Positions 46,089-56,096 of a stretch of 64,000 nucleotides of DNA are shown here, piece after piece. Below the pieces are notes generated by a model. It had not been told where the DNA came from and made no database searches. It saw nothing but the letters and a program-made list of their open reading frames with translations. The translations under genes and the position numbers were made by a program. Position 1 is the stretch's first letter; each line of letters starts with the position of its first letter. Source of the DNA: Anaerolineae bacterium (GTDB lineage: Bacteria > Chloroflexota > Anaerolineae > DUEN01); the NCBI GenBank assembly GCA_034432955.1, contig DAOUBB010000086.1:4839-68838 (forward strand), in the 5' to 3' direction.

Positions 46089-47108
46089 TCACACAGCATC
46101 ATACAAATGACACGCCACCTGGAGCCCTGGTGTCAGCTCTTTCAAATGCGGCACCTCCTTGCGACAGCGATCCATCACGTACGGGCAGCGCAGATGAAAG
46201 ACACAACCAGGCGGTGGGTTGCGCAGGTCGTGCGTCAAGCCTTCAGTCACCAGGAGAGGCTTGCGCTCCTTGATAGAGGGGATGGACGAGATGAGCAGCT
46301 TCGTGTACGGGTGCAGCGGCTCCGCGAAGGCCGCCTCCACCGGCGAAATCTCCACGATGTTGCCGGCGTACATCACGGCGATGCGATCCACCAACTGAGC
46401 CTGCAATCCCATATCGTGGCCGATCAGGATCATGGAGACGTTCAGCCGCCGCTTCACGTCCAGCATGGTCTGGGCCACCACTCGCTGAACGACCACGTCG
46501 AGCGCGCTGGTGGGCTCGTCGGCGATGATCAGCGGTGGGTTGAGCGCGATCGCCATGGCGATGCACACGCGCTGCTTCATGCCGCCGCTCAACTCATGAG
46601 GATACATGTGGTACACCCGGCTGGGGAGCCCCACCATCGCCAGCAGCTCGAGGATGCGCTCCTTCAACACCTTGGGCGGCTGTTTCCCCTCGTGCGCCTC
46701 GATGCCGTCGGCGATCTGATCCTTGATCTGCATGACGGGGTTGAGGGAATTCATGGCCCCTTGCGGGATCAGGGCCGCCTGCCGCCAGCGCATCTGGCGC
46801 AGTTCCCGCTCGTTCAGGGCCACCATGTCAACCCCGTTGAGTAACACCTGGCCCTCTACGATGCGCCCCGGCGGCTGCACCAAGCGCAAGACCGCCATCG
46901 CCGCCGTGGTCTTACCGCACCCCGACTCGCCGACCAGGCCCAAGGTTTCGCCGCGGTACACCTTGAAGTACACCCCATTCACGGCGATCACATCGCCCAG
47001 AGGCGTGGCATAGTGCACGCGCAGATTCCTGACGTCTAAGACCGTGTTGGGTTCGGACCACCGGTCTTCTCCCTCAGCCACTTTCCAAGCCACATTCTGC
47101 GTTACCAT
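46089..47108 (-). CDS. oligopeptide-type ABC transporter ATP-binding protein (OppD-like)
   Basis: Walker A GESGCGKTT, signature LSGGMKQR, C-terminal CxxC-containing extension. Confidence 0.85.
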   Translation of the reverse strand: MVTQNVAWKVAEGEDRWSEPNTVLDVRNLRVHYATPLGDVIAVNGVYFKVYRGETLGLVGESGCGKTTAAMAVLRLVQPPGRIVEGQVLLNGVDMVALNERELRQMRWRQAALIPQGAMNSLNPVMQIKDQIADGIEAHEGKQPPKVLKERILELLAMVGLPSRVYHMYPHELSGGMKQRVCIAMAIALNPPLIIADEPTSALDVVVQRVVAQTMLDVKRRLNVSMILIGHDMGLQAQLVDRIAVMYAGNIVEISPVEAAFAEPLHPYTKLLISSIPSIKERKPLLVTEGLTHDLRNPPPGCVFHLRCPYVMDRCRKEVPHLKELTPGLQVACHLYDAV

Positions 47109-48037
47109 TATGCCGTCTTGACTCCTCTCAGCCGGGGGTTGGCGATCTCATCCAGGCCAATCGCGATGAGGAAGAGGCCGGAGAAGATAATGATGAGCAC
47201 CAGGATCGGGAAGCCCCACCACCACCACATGCCGCGGATGATCGCCGCGGCGCGGATGGCGTAGAAGATGGTCATGCCCAGCGTGGGGATGCGGGTCGGG
47301 CCCAGGCCCAACGCCTCCAGGCTGGTGGCAGCCAGGATGGCCCCGGAGACGTTGCCGGCGAAGCTGGAGGCGAGGTAGGGCAACATGTTCGGCATCATCT
47401 CTTTGAACATGATGTCAAACGTGGAGACGCCCGAAAGGCGCGCCATGCGCACGTAGCCGCGCTCGCGCAGCGTGAGCGCCTGGGCGCGGATCAGCCGCGT
47501 TGGCCCCGCCCAGGCGAACAGCCCCAGGATCAAGGCCATGCTGCTGATGTCAACCTGACGCACATACGACGAGATCACGATCAGGATGGCCAACGAGGGG
47601 ATCGTGATCACGGAGTCGGCCACGGTGCGGATCACGTTGTCCACCCATCCCCCCATGAAGCCGGCCGTAAATCCCAGCAGGATGCCGACGATCATGCCCA
47701 CGCCAGCCGCAATCAAGCCAACCTGCAAAGAGCGTGGGGCGCCAGTAATGATCACTGCCAACATATCGCGGCCGTTGCTTTCCGTCCCTAGCGGATGCTC
47801 AGGGCTGGGCGGGGGGAAGGCCGGATTGGGAGCCCAGATCGGCGGCAAATTGAGGGGAGACGAGCCCACACGCGCCAGCTTCACGTCCCAGAACAGAGGG
47901 CCCAGCAAGCCCGTCAGCACGACAGCTAACACCATCAGGCAACCCGCGATGAACTTCGGGTTCAGCCAAGGCGAATCCCAGCGATTGATTCGAACGACTT
48001 TTCGCGCAGCCGGTTGAGCCGTTGCAAGCGTGGTCAT
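47108..48037 (-). CDS. oligopeptide-type ABC permease (OppC/DppC-like)
   Basis: TM-rich, BPD-transporter fold. Start at the internal ATG, 48037, just after the oppB stop. Confidence 0.85.
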   Translation of the reverse strand: MTTLATAQPAARKVVRINRWDSPWLNPKFIAGCLMVLAVVLTGLLGPLFWDVKLARVGSSPLNLPPIWAPNPAFPPPSPEHPLGTESNGRDMLAVIITGAPRSLQVGLIAAGVGMIVGILLGFTAGFMGGWVDNVIRTVADSVITIPSLAILIVISSYVRQVDISSMALILGLFAWAGPTRLIRAQALTLRERGYVRMARLSGVSTFDIMFKEMMPNMLPYLASSFAGNVSGAILAATSLEALGLGPTRIPTLGMTIFYAIRAAAIIRGMWWWWGFPILVLIIIFSGLFLIAIGLDEIANPRLRGVKTA

Positions 48038-48044
48038 AAGCCCT

Positions 48045-49058
48045 TCACTTCTTCTGATAGGTAATCCGCGGATCAATCATCGGATAAATCAAATCAATGA
48101 TCAAAACGGCAGTCGCAGTGCTCAGGATCAGGATGAACACGATCCCCTGGATCACCGTGAAATCGTTGTTAACGATCCCCTGATAGAGCAGATAGCCCAT
48201 GCCCGGGTAGGAGAACAGGTATTCTACCAGCACGGAGCCGCCAACGATGCCACCTAGACTTAGCGCCAGAGCAGTGACCTGGGGTAAGACGGCGTTACGC
48301 ACCGCATAGCGCCAGAAGATGCGGCCGGGACGCAACCCCTTCGCCTGGGCCAGGATCATGTAATCCTCGCCCTCGTTGGTGATCATCATGCCGCGCATGC
48401 CCAGGGCCCAGAAGCCCATGGAGGCGATCACGATGGCAAACGCCGGCAGCGTACCATGATAGATCACACTCTTGATAAACGGCCAGTTGAGCCCGATCGT
48501 CACTGTGCGCGTGTCGTACCCCCCGCCGATCGGGAACCACTTCAGGCCAAAGCCAAAGACGTAGATGAGCAGGATGGCCAACATGAAGAAGGGGATCGAG
48601 GTGAAGGTCAGGGTTAGCGGCAGGAGGTTTTTCACCAGGGCTGGCGTACGACGCCAGGCCAATAGGGCCCCGATGGTGTTACCAGCGATGAACGAGATGA
48701 GCGTCGCGATGGCGAGCAACCCGATGGTCCAGGGAAGAGCCCGGGCCACCATCTCTTCGACCTCGACCGGGAACTGCGATAGCGAGTAGCCGAGGTCGAA
48801 CAGGATGGAGTTACGCAGGAACCGGAAATACTGGATCAGGATCGGCGCGTCCAGGCCAAAGCGCGCCCGCCAGGCCTCGATGATCTCCGCGCTGTTCGCG
48901 ACGTAGCCGGACTGGGCCATCAGGCGGGTGACCATGGCCGCCACCGGATCGCCGGGTGCCAGGCGTGGGATGATGAAGATCAGGGTAGCACCCAGCCAGA
49001 CGGTCAGGAAAAACATGCCCACACGTCGAATGACGTACTCTTTCGTTAAACCACGCAT
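48045..49058 (-). CDS. oligopeptide-type ABC permease (OppB/DppB-like)
   Basis: N-terminus MRGLTKEYVIRRVGMFFLTVWLGATLIFIIPRLAPGDP is typical of OppB. Confidence 0.85.
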   Translation of the reverse strand: MRGLTKEYVIRRVGMFFLTVWLGATLIFIIPRLAPGDPVAAMVTRLMAQSGYVANSAEIIEAWRARFGLDAPILIQYFRFLRNSILFDLGYSLSQFPVEVEEMVARALPWTIGLLAIATLISFIAGNTIGALLAWRRTPALVKNLLPLTLTFTSIPFFMLAILLIYVFGFGLKWFPIGGGYDTRTVTIGLNWPFIKSVIYHGTLPAFAIVIASMGFWALGMRGMMITNEGEDYMILAQAKGLRPGRIFWRYAVRNAVLPQVTALALSLGGIVGGSVLVEYLFSYPGMGYLLYQGIVNNDFTVIQGIVFILILSTATAVLIIDLIYPMIDPRITYQKK

Positions 49059-49164
49059 GACTTACCTTTCCTGTGCAACCTATCTGAAAACCCCGATCCG
49101 AACGCTCTTGGCCGGTCTCCTGACCAGCCAGAGAGCAAGTACGTCACCTTTCTCAGCAGTAGAA

Positions 49165-49192
49165 GCCGCTGGCGGCATCAGCCGCCAGCGGC
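49165..49192 (-). promoter_or_regulatory. intercistronic stem-loop between binding-protein and permease genes
   Basis: GCCGCTGGCGGC-atca-GCCGCCAGCGGC: perfect 12-bp stem, 4-nt loop. Confidence 0.5.
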
Positions 49193-49219
49193 CCACCGAT
49201 CTAGCTTTCCCCCACCCCC

Positions 49220-51085
49220 TCATCCTTGGGCCGGCTGCAGGCTGTGGATGATCTTGTGGGTGCTCTGCCACCACGTGGGTGGGTGCATGTAGTTGTTCTT
49301 GGAGGTCGGCCAGTTGGTCCAGTAGGTGGTGTCGAAGGGGATGATCTTCCGCGCCTGGGTGATCGGGATGACAGGCAGCTCCTTGAACCAGAGGTCCATC
49401 GCTTTGACGAACAGATCGTCAATCCTGGGATCCCCCAGCGGTAGCGAGCCGATCTCGTCCACCAGCTTGCTGTACTCCTCGGCCGCCGGCCCAGACCACC
49501 GCCAGTTGTTGTAGCTGCTACGCTGCCCGATCGGCGTGAGCCACTTGACATTGAAGGTGTCCATCGAGGCCCATGGCTCGTTGACGGAGCCGCAGGTCTG
49601 CCACCCCATGCGGGTCTCGAAGTTGCCGAAGGCGAAGTTGTCGCCCCAGGTAGCGCCGGCCTCGTTGCGGTTGGTGGCGTTGATGCCAATGGCCTGAAGC
49701 TGCTCCACGATCACCTGGGCGATGCGCTGTTTCTCGATGAAGGCCTCATGGGTGGTGATGAGCATGGCCAACTGCTTGCCGTCCTTGTAGTAGTAGCCGT
49801 CGCTGCCCAGCTTCCACCCTTTGGACTCGATGATCTGCTTCGCCAAGGCGGGATCGTGCTTCCACAGCGGGTACTTCTCGTACAGCCCAGCCTTCTCCAG
49901 CAGCTCCACGTAGCGGTTGAGCGGCTTGTAGGCCGGGAAGAAGTGCTTGGACTTGAACGTGGTGCCCTCATAGGCGATGGCCACGATCTGATCCCGATCA
50001 ATGGCGTAGTTGATGGCCCAGCGCATCTCCGGATCGTTCCACGGCTCAATGGCGCAGTTGAACTCGAAGGTGCGGGAGCAGGGATCGGGCACCCAGGCGT
50101 AGGGCAGCTCGTCAAACCAGGTGATGACGTTGGGATTGCGCTGCTTGAGGGCCTGCAAGGCGCCCAGGGTGATGTCCATCAGGCTGTCCAACTGGCGCTC
50201 AGCCATGAGAGCCGTGCGCTTCTCCTCGGGGCCGGCCCAGGTCCAGATCAGCTTTTCGGGCTTGGGCAACGGCTTCCAGCCGGTCTTGGCCCCCCACCAG
50301 TTGTTGTCCCGTACGTAGACGAACTCGGTCTCGCTGATGCTGACCAGCTTATAGGGCCCTGTGCCCACCGGCCACCCCTTCTCCGGGTCGTAGAACTTGA
50401 AGGTGAGGGGGTCCTGCCCTTCCCAGATGTGCTTGGGCACGATGCTGGGGCCGCCCCAGATGCGCACCGAGAAGTTGTCCAACTGGAAGCGCGGGTTGGG
50501 ACGAGTCAGGGTGAACTGAACCGTCAAATCGTCCATCTTCTCGACTTTGGCCACCCAGTCTTTGATGCCCGCGGACCAGTTGAGCTCTGGGGCATGGTCT
50601 ATCAACATTTGGATGGTGAACACCACGTCATCGGCGGTAAAGGGTTCCCCATCGCTCCAGGTGATGCCCTGGCGCAGCTTGAGCGTCCAGACGTCCATCG
50701 TCTCGTTGGAGGTCATGCTCTCGCCCAGCCACGGCTCGATCTCGCCCGTCTCGTAGTTGAGGATGAAGAGGGGCTCCAGGATCGCCTGGTGATAGCCGTG
50801 ATCGAGGCGGCTGCCCGGCACGTAGAAATTCCACAGGTCCGGAGAGATCACGCGGCCGCCGTCAATGTCGAAGATGACGGTCTTGCGGCGCTCCTCCTCT
50901 TCGGGAGAGATGGTCGGCTTGGCTTCAGTCGGCTTGGCCTCTGCGGCCGGCGTTTCCGCCGCTGGCGGGGCCGCCGGTGCCGGCGTGACGGGCGCACACG
51001 CAGCCAGTAAGGAGGCGCCAGCAAAGGTAGCGCTTGCCCGCAAGAAGTCACGGCGTGAAAGCTTCTTCCTGATGAGCTCAGACAT
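49220..51085 (-). CDS. ABC transporter substrate-binding lipoprotein, family 5 (oligopeptide/oligosaccharide type)
   Basis: [31 protein letters not shown] is a Tat/lipoprotein signal. About 620 aa, SBP_bac_5-like. GGAGGGA RBS. Confidence 0.85.
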   Translation of the reverse strand: MSELIRKKLSRRDFLRASATFAGASLLAACAPVTPAPAAPPAAETPAAEAKPTEAKPTISPEEEERRKTVIFDIDGGRVISPDLWNFYVPGSRLDHGYHQAILEPLFILNYETGEIEPWLGESMTSNETMDVWTLKLRQGITWSDGEPFTADDVVFTIQMLIDHAPELNWSAGIKDWVAKVEKMDDLTVQFTLTRPNPRFQLDNFSVRIWGGPSIVPKHIWEGQDPLTFKFYDPEKGWPVGTGPYKLVSISETEFVYVRDNNWWGAKTGWKPLPKPEKLIWTWAGPEEKRTALMAERQLDSLMDITLGALQALKQRNPNVITWFDELPYAWVPDPCSRTFEFNCAIEPWNDPEMRWAINYAIDRDQIVAIAYEGTTFKSKHFFPAYKPLNRYVELLEKAGLYEKYPLWKHDPALAKQIIESKGWKLGSDGYYYKDGKQLAMLITTHEAFIEKQRIAQVIVEQLQAIGINATNRNEAGATWGDNFAFGNFETRMGWQTCGSVNEPWASMDTFNVKWLTPIGQRSSYNNWRWSGPAAEEYSKLVDEIGSLPLGDPRIDDLFVKAMDLWFKELPVIPITQARKIIPFDTTYWTNWPTSKNNYMHPPTWWQSTHKIIHSLQPAQG

Positions 51086-51252
51086 GGGAAATCCCTCCTG
51101 AAAGTTGTTGAGGAAACTGGAAGAGTTGCCGATACGAACCGATGTCATGACCCTCTCTGAAAGGGTGGTCGAAGATGGCCCTCAAGCTCCCGGTGCAACA
51201 CCTCCTTTCATCGCTACGATAGGCCATGCTATCAGCCATGGCCTGGTCCGGA

Positions 51253-52275
51253 TCACTCCGTGATGACCCGATGCAGGTGATACCCGCATGACTCGCGAAT
51301 GATGAGTTTGGGCGGCAGGGTAACAATGCGCGGGCTTTCCGGCTGATGGCCGGTCAATCGGTCCAGTAACAGCTCGGCTGCCCGCTTGCCCAGCTCGTAA
51401 TTCGGCTGGGCGACCGTGGTCAGGCCCGGGGTGAAGGCGGATAGCCACACCATGTCGTCAAACCCGACGATGGCGATGTCCTCCGGACAGCGCAGGCCCC
51501 GCTCTTTGAGGGCCAGAAACACCCCTACCGTCATCAGGTTATTGGCGGCGAAAATGGCCGTCGGACGCGGATCGTGATCCAGCAGGATATGGGCGGCCGC
51601 GATGCCTCCCTGAATCGTGGAGTGGCCGGTCTGAATCAGGGTTGGGTCAACCGCCACACCGAAATCGCGCAGGGCCGCCTCGTAGCCTCGACGACGGTTG
51701 TCGGTGGTGCTGATGCCAATTCGCCCCACGATCGCGCCGATGCATCGGTGTCCGAGCTGAAGCAAGTGCCGAACGGCCTCATAAGCGCCCCTCTCGTCGT
51801 CCACCAGGACCGTGTCCAGCCAGTTGCCCGGCAATTGCCGATCCACCAACACGATGGACACGCCCGCGTGGCTGGCTTCACGCAACGGCTCGATGTTGGC
51901 GCCCGTAGCGACAATGATGAGGCCATCCACTTTCTTCTGGATGAGCACCTGCAGGGTGGACAACTCGCGTTCGGGCGCTTCGTCGGTGTTGCACAAGATC
52001 AGGCTATAATGTTTGTCGCTCAGCACATCCTGAGCGCCTCGCACGACGTCGGCGTAGAAGGGATTCGCGATGTCGGAGACGAGCATACCGACCGTCATCG
52101 TGCGCTTGGCACGCAGGCTGCGAGCGACGTGATCGGGCTGGTAATTGAGCTCCTTGATGGCCTGTCGAATCCGGGCCTCGGTCTCAGGGCTGACGAAACG
52201 AGTCTTGTTCAGCACATACGAGACCGTCGTGGGCGATACGCCAGCGCGCTGCGCGACATCTTTGATGGTCGGCAT
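51253..52275 (-). CDS. LacI-family transcriptional regulator
   Basis: MPTIKDVAQRAGVSPTTVSYVLN HTH plus a sugar-binding core. Sits at the head of the Opp-like operon. Confidence 0.85.
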   Translation of the reverse strand: MPTIKDVAQRAGVSPTTVSYVLNKTRFVSPETEARIRQAIKELNYQPDHVARSLRAKRTMTVGMLVSDIANPFYADVVRGAQDVLSDKHYSLILCNTDEAPERELSTLQVLIQKKVDGLIIVATGANIEPLREASHAGVSIVLVDRQLPGNWLDTVLVDDERGAYEAVRHLLQLGHRCIGAIVGRIGISTTDNRRRGYEAALRDFGVAVDPTLIQTGHSTIQGGIAAAHILLDHDPRPTAIFAANNLMTVGVFLALKERGLRCPEDIAIVGFDDMVWLSAFTPGLTTVAQPNYELGKRAAELLLDRLTGHQPESPRIVTLPPKLIIRESCGYHLHRVITE

Positions 52276-52413
52276 ATGGGGTCCGCCTCTGTCGTGCCGC
52301 TGGAAGGAGATCCTGTGACAACCGCGCCCCTTGGTTCGAGAGCTTTCTCAGGGAGCTCAGCAGGAAAACTTTGCCCCATACAGATATGGCAAAGCCAACA
52401 CCTGCCGCTTCTG

Positions 52414-52431
52414 AACGATTGTCCAATCGTT
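52414..52431. promoter_or_regulatory. candidate LacI-family operator palindrome (AACGATTG-tc-CAATCGTT)
   Basis: Perfect 8-bp arms in the divergent lacI/SDR intergenic region, followed by the AT-rich TAGATATATTATCATAAC. Confidence 0.4.
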
Positions 52432-52609
52432 TAGATATATTATCATAACAGGCGACCATTTGTCAAACGCGGCCCATGCGCCACCAGGTCACGTATTAAG
52501 GGCCGATCAGCGTCTGGGCTCCAACAAGAGTTAGAGGACCCATGAGACCCTCCGGCCTCCCCACCCTATCCAGTATAACTTTACCCGAATTCTTGGTAGG
52601 AGGACACCC

Positions 52610-53362
52610 ATGCTGCGATTATCGGGAAAAACGGCCATCATCACCGGCGCCGGGCGAGGGATCGGCAAGGCGATTGCCCATAAGTTCCTGCAGGAAGGGG
52701 CACGCCTCTTGATCTGTGACCTCGTCCCAGACCGGATCGAGGCAGCCGCTCAGGAGCTGAGCCAGCTCGGCGAGGTTCAGGCTATGGCCGGCGATGTGAG
52801 CGATCCGGCCTTCTGCGATGCCCTGGTCCAGCGCGCCCTGGAGGCGTTCGGCGAGCTGAACATCCTGGTGAATAACGCCGGCATCGCCATCTTCCAACCG
52901 TTCCTGGAGCACTCGGAGGCCGCCTGGGACCGTACCCTGGCCGTGAACCTGAAGTCCATGTTCCTGCTGGGACAGCGCGCGGCGCGGGTCCTGGTGGCCC
53001 AAGGCAAGGGTGGCGCGATCATCAACATGGCCTCGACCAACGGCCATGTGGGCGAGCGAGGCCTGGCCGCTTACAACGCGTCCAAGGCCGGCGTCGTCCT
53101 GCTCACCAAGACCATGGCCATTGAGCTGGCGCCGTACAACATCCGGGTCAACTGCGTCTCGCCGGGCTTCATCCTGACCGAGCTGATCCGGGAAGCCGCC
53201 GACGAGGCATACATCCAGGGCTACCTGAGCAAGATCCCTCTGGGGCGCTACGGCCGGCCAGAGGAGGTGGCCAACCTGTGCGCTTTCCTGGCCTCGGATG
53301 AGGCCTCGTTCATCACAGGGGACTCGGTCATCATTGACGGTGGCCAGCTTTCGGAGGAGTGA
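52610..53362 (+). CDS. short-chain dehydrogenase/reductase (SDR) family oxidoreductase
   Basis: TGAGRGIGKAIA Rossmann motif, NNAG, catalytic S...YNASK. GGAGGA RBS. Confidence 0.85.
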   Translation: MLRLSGKTAIITGAGRGIGKAIAHKFLQEGARLLICDLVPDRIEAAAQELSQLGEVQAMAGDVSDPAFCDALVQRALEAFGELNILVNNAGIAIFQPFLEHSEAAWDRTLAVNLKSMFLLGQRAARVLVAQGKGGAIINMASTNGHVGERGLAAYNASKAGVVLLTKTMAIELAPYNIRVNCVSPGFILTELIREAADEAYIQGYLSKIPLGRYGRPEEVANLCAFLASDEASFITGDSVIIDGGQLSEE

Positions 53363-53370
53363 GCGAACGG

Positions 53371-55053
53371 TCACCAACGCCAATCCGTCAACGATGGGCC
53401 GACGCCGGCAAACGGGCTCAACGCAATCCCCATCAGCCCCGGTCGGATGGCGACCCCCATCGGCAGTGCGAACAGGAAGTCCACCGGGCGCTGGTCCGCC
53501 AGATAGGCAGCCAGTTGCCGATAGATGGCCTGCCGCGCCTCCGCCGCGCACGCCAGGGCCGATCGCCCGGCCTGCCAGAGGGCATCGGCCTGGGTATCCC
53601 GCCAGCTCGTCAGGTTGAACCCGCGCCGCGGCTGGGCCTGGTCCGATCGCCAGTACAGCGATTGGTCGGGGTCCAGATCCATCGGCCAACCGAAGATGGC
53701 GACGTCGAAATCGTGGCGGAACAGCGCATCGGCCAGGCTCAGGTAGGGGAGGATCTCGACCTCGGCGGGCACGCCCACGGCGCGATAGGCGGCAGCCACG
53801 AGCATAGCCAGGTCGCGGCGCACCGGGTTCTCGCCGTTGGCCTTCACGCGCACCAGCAGCGGCTTGCCGTCGCGCTCCCGCCAGCCGTCGCCGTCGGTAT
53901 CGCGCCAGCCTGCCGCATCCAACAAGGCCGCGGCGCGCTCGCGGTCGAAAGCCGGCGGAGCGGGGGCCGGCGCAACGGCCCACAGCGTCGGCAGCCAGGG
54001 GGCGCCAATGGGCAGCCCGCGCCCATTCAGGGCGAGCCGGTTAAGCTGCGAGCGGTCGATGGCCAGCGCCAGCGCCCGGCGCAGGCGAACATCGGCCAGC
54101 CCCAACCGCTCCTGGTTAAAGAAGATGCCGACGTACTCCAGCCCAGGTCCCCACTGGATCGGCCACCCCGGCGGCGGATCCAGCGTCAGCTCGCGAGGCA
54201 GGAGAACTACATCCAGTTCACCCACCTCCCATGCCTCCCGGAGTTGCGACGGGGAGAGAACGCGCAAGCGCCACTCCGCGATCTGCGGCGCGCCCCGCCA
54301 ATAGGCCTCATTGGCCAACAGCACCAACTGCCCGCCGCTCTCCCAGCCCCCGAAGCGCAACGGGCCGCTGCCGAGCGGCGATTGCCCGAACGCCGCCGGC
54401 CCACCGATCCCGCCTGGCCATCGGTGCGCCGGGACCACAGGCAGATCCCCCAGCCCTGTCAAATCGGGGCACGATGGCTCGTCGAGACGGACGACGGCCG
54501 TCGAGTCGGAGATGGCTTCGGCTGCGAGGACGCGAGAAAGGCGCACGAAGTACGGGCTGTTCACGGTAGGGCTGATCGCGGCGCGAATGGTGAAGGCCAC
54601 ATCCCTGGCAGTCACCGGCGTCCCATCGTGCCAAGTCATCCCGCTGCGCACCGTCAGCGTGATGGTCTGGCCATCTGCGGCCACGGCCCATGTCTCGACC
54701 GCGCCGGGCGTCATCTGTCCATCGTTCGGGTCCGGAGGCATCAGACGGTCGAAGAGGGCATCTACGACGAAGCGGGCTGCGGGGTCGTCCGGGGGCAAGC
54801 GCAACGGATCCAGCATCTCCTCTGGCAGCGCCAGGCCGATGACGACGTCGCGTCGGGCAGGGTCGCCGGCCTGAGCCGACGCGCGCGGGGTAGGGGTCCA
54901 GGTGGGAAACAGGGCGCTGCGAGGCGTCGGGGCCGCAAGCTCAGAGGGCGAGAGGAAGGAACAGGCGATGGCCAGGGCCACGACGCCGGCGATCCCGATG
55001 AAAACGCCTCCCCACTTCAGGGGGAGGCGTCGGCGGGCGGAGAAGAGGTCCAC
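53371..55053 (-). CDS. ABC transporter substrate-binding lipoprotein, family 5 (second binding protein of the operon)
   Basis: GTG start at 55053, 2 nt after the permease stop. Signal peptide SARRRLPLKWGGVFIGIAGVVALAIAC. SBP_bac_5 body (TWHDGTPVTARDVAFTI). The ORF-track extension to 55449 overlaps the permease gene. Confidence 0.75.
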   Translation of the reverse strand: MDLFSARRRLPLKWGGVFIGIAGVVALAIACSFLSPSELAAPTPRSALFPTWTPTPRASAQAGDPARRDVVIGLALPEEMLDPLRLPPDDPAARFVVDALFDRLMPPDPNDGQMTPGAVETWAVAADGQTITLTVRSGMTWHDGTPVTARDVAFTIRAAISPTVNSPYFVRLSRVLAAEAISDSTAVVRLDEPSCPDLTGLGDLPVVPAHRWPGGIGGPAAFGQSPLGSGPLRFGGWESGGQLVLLANEAYWRGAPQIAEWRLRVLSPSQLREAWEVGELDVVLLPRELTLDPPPGWPIQWGPGLEYVGIFFNQERLGLADVRLRRALALAIDRSQLNRLALNGRGLPIGAPWLPTLWAVAPAPAPPAFDRERAAALLDAAGWRDTDGDGWRERDGKPLLVRVKANGENPVRRDLAMLVAAAYRAVGVPAEVEILPYLSLADALFRHDFDVAIFGWPMDLDPDQSLYWRSDQAQPRRGFNLTSWRDTQADALWQAGRSALACAAEARQAIYRQLAAYLADQRPVDFLFALPMGVAIRPGLMGIALSPFAGVGPSLTDWRW

Positions 55054-55055
55054 AG

Positions 55056-56078
55056 CTACTTCGTACCACGCATGCGTGGGTCCAGAGCATCTCGCAGGCC
55101 GTCGCCCAGGAAGTTGAAGGCGAACATGGTCAGGGCCAGGGCCAGCGCCGGGAAGATCGCCTGATTCGGATAGGTGCGCACCATCTGCGAGCCCTCCGAG
55201 ATCATCGCCCCCCAGGAGGGGGTCGGCGGGTTCACGCCCAAGCCGATAAAGGACAGAAACGCTTCGGTCGAGATGTACGAGGGGATGGCCAGCGTCTCGG
55301 CCACGATCAAGGGGCCGATGATGTTGGGCAGGATGTGACGGAACATGATGCGGACGTCGGAGGCCCCGATCATGCGCGCGGCTTCGATGAACTCCTTCTC
55401 GCGGAGGGAGAGGGTCTGGCCGCGCGCCAGTCGAGCCATCGTTTCCCATGCCGTCAGGCCGATGCCCACAAAGATGAAAAGCATGCCTCCCAGGCGGGCA
55501 TCCAACTGGCTGACGACATAGGCAAAGGTGCCGGGCTCCGGCTTCGCGAACGTGGAGCGGAAAAACGCCATCAGCAGGATGACGAAGAGCAGGGTGGGGA
55601 ACCCGTAGAGCACATCCACGATGCGCATCATGATATTGTCCACGCGGCCTCCGAAGTACCCGGAGATGCTGCCGTACGTCAAGCCGATGAGCAGGCTGAT
55701 GAGGGGGCCGATCAGCGCCACGGTGAGCGAAACGCGGGTGCCATACACGATCCGGCTGAACAGGTCACGGCCGACATAGTCTGCCCCCAGGAGGTAATCG
55801 TCGCTGATCTTGGCATAGGCCTGCATGCTGGGGAAAATCCGCACGAGCCAGGCAGGGACTTTGTTGTTATCGGCCAGCACCTGCTCCTCGTACGAGCGCG
55901 GCGCGATCTGCGGAGCAAAAATCGCGGTCAGCGCCAGCAGGATGATCATCGCGCCCCCTATGATGGCGGCACGATTCCGCAACAAGCGCCACAAAGCATC
56001 AGCCCACAAGCTCTGGCTTCGGCGCGTGAAAACCACGCTCCTCGTTTCCACCTTCAAAGTCTTGGCTTGCACAGTCAT
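55056..56078 (-). CDS. oligopeptide-type ABC permease (DppC-like)
   Basis: TM-rich BPD-transporter fold. 340 aa. Confidence 0.85.
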   Translation of the reverse strand: MTVQAKTLKVETRSVVFTRRSQSLWADALWRLLRNRAAIIGGAMIILLALTAIFAPQIAPRSYEEQVLADNNKVPAWLVRIFPSMQAYAKISDDYLLGADYVGRDLFSRIVYGTRVSLTVALIGPLISLLIGLTYGSISGYFGGRVDNIMMRIVDVLYGFPTLLFVILLMAFFRSTFAKPEPGTFAYVVSQLDARLGGMLFIFVGIGLTAWETMARLARGQTLSLREKEFIEAARMIGASDVRIMFRHILPNIIGPLIVAETLAIPSYISTEAFLSFIGLGVNPPTPSWGAMISEGSQMVRTYPNQAIFPALALALTMFAFNFLGDGLRDALDPRMRGTK

Positions 56079-56096
56079 CGTGTACCACTCTCATCT

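Noticed and set aside
49748-51010. 420-aa plus-strand ORF inside the family-5 binding-protein gene
   Set aside because: Antisense to a binding-protein gene that has a signal peptide and strong RBS. Low-complexity translation.
52619-55449. Long overlapping ORFs (52619..53983 minus, 53359..55164 plus, 54311..54874 plus) across the SDR and binding protein 2 region
   Set aside because: Arg/Pro/Gly-rich, overlap genes that have domain support on the other frame or strand. GC-driven artifacts.
55054-55449. N-terminal 132 codons of the ORF-track call for binding protein 2
   Set aside because: Fully overlaps the permease gene on the same strand in another frame. A GTG 2 nt after the permease stop yields a canonical lipoprotein signal peptide.
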